64,000 nucleotides of DNA from Rhizodiscina lignyota (Eukaryota). The notes under the pieces are model-generated. The model had not been told where the DNA came from. It saw only the letters and a program-made list of their open reading frames with translations, and ran no database searches. The stretch spans positions 806,001 to 870,000 of the forward strand of contig ML978123.1 in NCBI GenBank assembly GCA_010015805.1, written 5' to 3'. Positions 59,901 to 64,000 of this stretch are shown here, in pieces (positions within the stretch are counted from its first letter, which is position 1; every line of letters starts with the position of its first letter). Position numbers and translations under genes: made by a program.

Positions 59901-62900
59901 GTTTGGATATCCCAGCTGACGCTCGATGCGCCTGGATGACTCGGCGCCCAACAGGATGTTTGAACGCTTCAGAGGCATCCCGGAAGACGATCTCGAGGCC
60001 ATGTAATTGCGCTGCAATGAGATAACCGACACGCCGAAAGTCGAGAGCGAACGAGAGCAAATGGATCCCAAACCTTCAAGCATTCCAGCCATTCTTTTGG
60101 CGTTTTCTCAGGGTCTGCCTAGGAACCCCCTACCGGCACGTGGCAAAATTGGTCAACTTTTCCGAAAGGCCTGGTCGGATCTTCGTGTACCGCTGTCGAA
60201 TGCTACACTGTCAGGCTGCTGCCCAGCCTCCCTCACATCTCGTGCCCTTTTCCTCTCATGATTATCATTCCAGCCCAATTTTGTTCAGTCTCACAGTGAG
60301 TCCAGATGAGGCATGCCTCATTTCACGCATCATTAAAGGGAAAAACTGGGGGCGCCCAGGAAGCACCGGCCCTGGCGAAGGATTACCCGGCGTTCATTTT
60401 GGATGCGGGAAGCTTCGTGACTTTGTACATGATGAGATCATGAGACTTTCGACGTTGTCACCGCTGGACTGCACAAGCGAGCTTGCGAGACCATGCTGAG
60501 GGCACAGGCGGGAACGCGTGGGGCCCGGGGATCCGTTGCAGTAGATTGACAGCTCAACATGTGTCGAGGAGCCTTGTTTTCTAGGTTCTGGCCTTTGTTG
60601 GGCGTGATGTTTGAATACTAACAGCTAGGCGTAAGTTCGTGCGTGCTTCTCCGCGGTGCGAGGCGCGCAGTCGAAGAGGAGTCTTTGAATGATTTCCCTC
60701 GCTGCTCTACGCTGTGGAGTCGCCAGCGACCCGCTCATAAGTGAGGCTTTGCAGAGTGTGGTCGGAATGGCTCCTTCTAAAGGACTTGCGTCTGATCTTG
60801 CAATAAATGGGGCACTTAATTCAAAAAGTAGGTTCGCCATTGCAGTTCTATCACTCCATTCAGGAGTGGTATCTGGCCAAAGAGCTTCCTCAGAGTGAAC
60901 TCGACTGTAGGGTGTGCTCTTACCATCAAACGTAGATGACTAAGCGCGTGTCTTAACTCTTTCTCTTGAATGGCAAGAGCGTGGACAGGCAGAAATTGTT
61001 TGACAATCTTGTATATTTCTCATTTTACACGGTCTACCCCGATAGCAGCTGTTTTGCGCATTACGAGTATGACAATGTGGTGTCCAGTGGTGCCACGTCG
61101 AGCTCCAGAGTCCTCGGCACCTAGCCGCTGACCTGACTTTTCTCAAGGGGTGTGTTCACAAAAACGTCCATGGCAGAATGACTTCTGATTTTGCAGACTC
61201 TATATTCGTCAGATCCTTTACATGTTATGCGATGGCTCATCAAGCTCATTCCCTACCGCTGAATGCTCTGGCTTCGAATTCCCCTTCACGAAGAAATCAT
61301 CATTACAAAGGGTGGCGCGGAGAGATTTCGTCTCTAGACGAAATCAACACGCCGAATAGCTTGAGCAGTTCGTCTGAGTGTTCGAGATGACGATGAGAGA
61401 CTACTACAGAATGGAGGGAATGTCTTCCCAATAAACAATTCAAGAAAAGGGGTGGGCGCTGGGTCACTTCAACCTAGGAGAACATCATCAGAAGATGCTC
61501 TATCACCTCAAATGCGTCGTACCGTCGAGCTACAGTCCAGGAAGTGTGCCGTGGTGGCTTGTACCGGAGATAACACAAACTCAACTTGTGGTGGCGTCGC
61601 ATTCGCTGGCTTAGGAAGGAAGAATGAAGATCGAAGCATCGAGAATGGACCACAGAAGATCTCAAAGATTGGCAAGGCATGGCACGACAGAATCCAAACT
61701 TAGCTCGATACTGTCAGACTCCTCATGGTGGAGACTGGAGAAATTTTTCACACACATCCACTTCTAACCGTCAGCGAGGTGCTGAGCAGCACGAGCCGAT
61801 CAAGACGTTACTTGTCCTTGCGAATCAATCCTCCGCGAATTGCCCCACAATACAACATGCAGCTCCCAGCGTGAGAAAAGTTACGGAGGAAGTCCTAAAA
61901 GCATACATACACATCGACTTGACACGTCCTCTTCGTAATGAGAGAGCACGAATCAAAGTCAGACACGTCACACCAACGATCTCACCACCGACACGAACGA
62001 CCCAATATGAAGGAGATAAACGAGTGCCTCGTCATCAAGACACATCTCCCCGAGCAAAGTATGCGAATGCCACGAAGATCCACGATCTAGGCCAGACTGC
62101 TATCAGACTTGATAGCGAAGCAGGAAAGGTACACCGACATCGTCATTTACATCCTTCCTATTTCCAATGATGGCCGAAGAAAGCCAGAAGCCTACAAAAG
62201 AAGACATTACAGGAGATTTGGAGGTGATGAAGAAAGGTTCGAGACGTGGAAACTGATGGTCAGTCAACTACGAGTCTACCACCTGAGAGGCCCGAGTTAA
62301 CATCAATATGGGCCAGACTCACCATCTTGACCCCATGGCTCCTACGAAGAACTTTCAACTTGGCGGTCCGGGTCGTATTCGCCTCCAATTCACCTCGAAT
62401 GACACCACCATCTCCAGCTGCCCCAGGCTTTGGTGGGCCAATTCCCGGTGCCGCTCCAACCACTGCGAGCTACAGTGACGATTTGAAGTTGATTGAAAGG
62501 ACTACATAGTTGTCGACGCAATAGATAATTTGCATTTAATACCGCCCGCAGGAATGAAGTGGGACACCCCTTTGGAACTGTAAGTACAGCCAAAACGAGA
62601 GCAAGATAATTCAAGACTCACATTTGTTAGAAATTTAGGAACTACGCCTGCCCCTTCCGTGTATGGCATACACTAGATCAAACACGCAAAATTTCCAACG
62701 ACGTGTCCTCCCTCGGCTCCCATATGTGAACACCGACTTCGTCTTCATTTTCGAGAAGAGCCGCCAGCGCAGCACGCAGCAATGGAGCGCCCACACATAC
62801 TATATAAATACCTGCGTCGTACGCCACATTACTCTCTCTCGGTGACGGGCAAGATCAGCCGGTTTCAGAATTGATTCGACTGTATGAGGAGAATCAAGCA

Positions 62901-63114
62901 CGAAAAGTCAGTCAGAGTTAGAGTGAGTTGCGCATCACGATTCACGGAGCAACTGCTAAGCTTCCTTACCTACGAATCCTGTACCAACTTCCGTCTGCCT
63001 GCTAAAGTGTCTGTGGGGCTGCAGCGCATGTGCTAACGCTTCTGCGCACATTAGTATAGAAGCTAAGTAAGTCGGAGCTGTTCTATCAAAGCAGCATTTC
63101 TACTCTCCCGACAG

Positions 63115-63490
63115 TCACCTCGAAAGAGCGCCCGCGTACGTTCAAACATACGTCTAGCACACATAGCCGAAGGTCACTCGCTTCAGCAAGTTTCACGGAG
63201 TTCGCGGTTTCGATCGAGCTGTCACAAAGTCCACCGAGCTCCCATACTTGCTCAAACACACTCTGAGTACATTAGAACTGGCGTTGTCAACTTGGAGCTC
63301 TTCTGCCCTTGTGTTATCTCCAGCCTCCCTGCCGCTGCCTCGAAAGAGATCCTACGAATGTTCAAACGTGGGCTAACAGCAAAACACCAGGCCCTCTAGC
63401 TTCGATGAGTTGGAGCAAACACATCTCTTCAATCGACATGTCATGGAGGTCACGGAGCTCCCGCAGTTGTTCAAACACACAGTCCGAGTA
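63115..63490. repeat. Diverged direct duplication, period about 220 bp (about 63115-63270 vs 63335-63490)
   Basis: CCTCGAAAGAG...GTTCAAAC at 63118 and 63338; GAGCTCCC...TCAAACACAC...GAGTA at about 63236 and 63456. Confidence 0.75.
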
Positions 63491-63842
63491 TGCCATCCTC
63501 AGGAGCCTCTCTATCAACATTCCTCCGCATACTGTTTCCACCCCGAAATCCAAGGCCCACAACCTCGGTCGGATCTATCTTAGATACAGCGAGAGTCGCG
63601 TTCGACGCGCCGAAGATCAAGCGTTCAGAATGAATTAGGCAGTACAATGGTGGCATACAAAGACGGGACAAGCGAAAAAGAAGTTTGCGGCGTGGTGCAC
63701 AATATGGTCCCATGGAATCGAACATTGAAGACAGAATGCAGCGATCAAATAACCCAATCGTATCTATCCAACATTACGTAGCCATACGCCAATAGAAATA
63801 CACATAACCTTCCCCAGGAATTAATACACAACGGCTTTCCCT

Positions 63843-64000
63843 CTACCATATTCCAGAAGGCTGCACACTACCCGCTCTCCTATCCTTCTTCAGTGGGCTG
63901 AACTGGAAGCCATCGGGCGCAGTGATCAACGGCTTGCCATTCTTGCCCTTCCCAAGTGCCGCAAGCCCTCTTCCAGCAAACAGTCCTCGCCCCGGAATGG
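63843..64000 (-). CDS. Probable C-terminal end of a gene starting beyond the window
   Basis: Open frame IPGRGLFAGRGLAALGKGKNGKPLITAPDGFQFSPLKKDRRAGSVQPSGIW* running from the window edge; no family recognised. Confidence 0.4.
   Translation of the reverse strand, partial: IPGRGLFAGRGLAALGKGKNGKPLITAPDGFQFSPLKKDRRAGSVQPSGIW

Overview
Gene-dense eukaryotic DNA from a filamentous ascomycete (Pezizomycotina, plausibly a Dothideomycete, inferred from short GT-AG introns with CTRAY branch sites and from gene content). About 22 intron-containing protein genes can be assembled. Housekeeping genes: DPH5, SPT3, a SAS2-like MYST acetyltransferase, PYM, QCR9 (absent from the ORF track), UBR1, SWD3/WDR5, ISC1, CMR1, an MTF2-like gene and PRP6. 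Others: bli-3, an Ayg1-type polyketide-shortening hydrolase, flotillin, a PhzF-family gene, a secreted protein, and a Zn2Cys6 factor flanked by long non-coding regions. The most unusual element is an accessory-looking island at about 37.3-44.6 kb. It holds a head-to-head pair: a 5-exon gene for a 1241-aa fusion of trypsin-like serine protease, non-RD protein kinase and C2H2 zinc fingers, and a 367-aa protein with a C-terminal membrane segment. This is a candidate fungal immune/allorecognition module (inference). Regulatory oddities include an in-frame alternative acceptor in SPT3 intron 1, a poison-acceptor-rich intron in PRP6, and uORFs abutting the UBR1 and Zn2Cys6 start codons. No tRNA, rRNA, CRISPR or intact transposon was recognised. 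All family calls are from motif recognition, not database searches.
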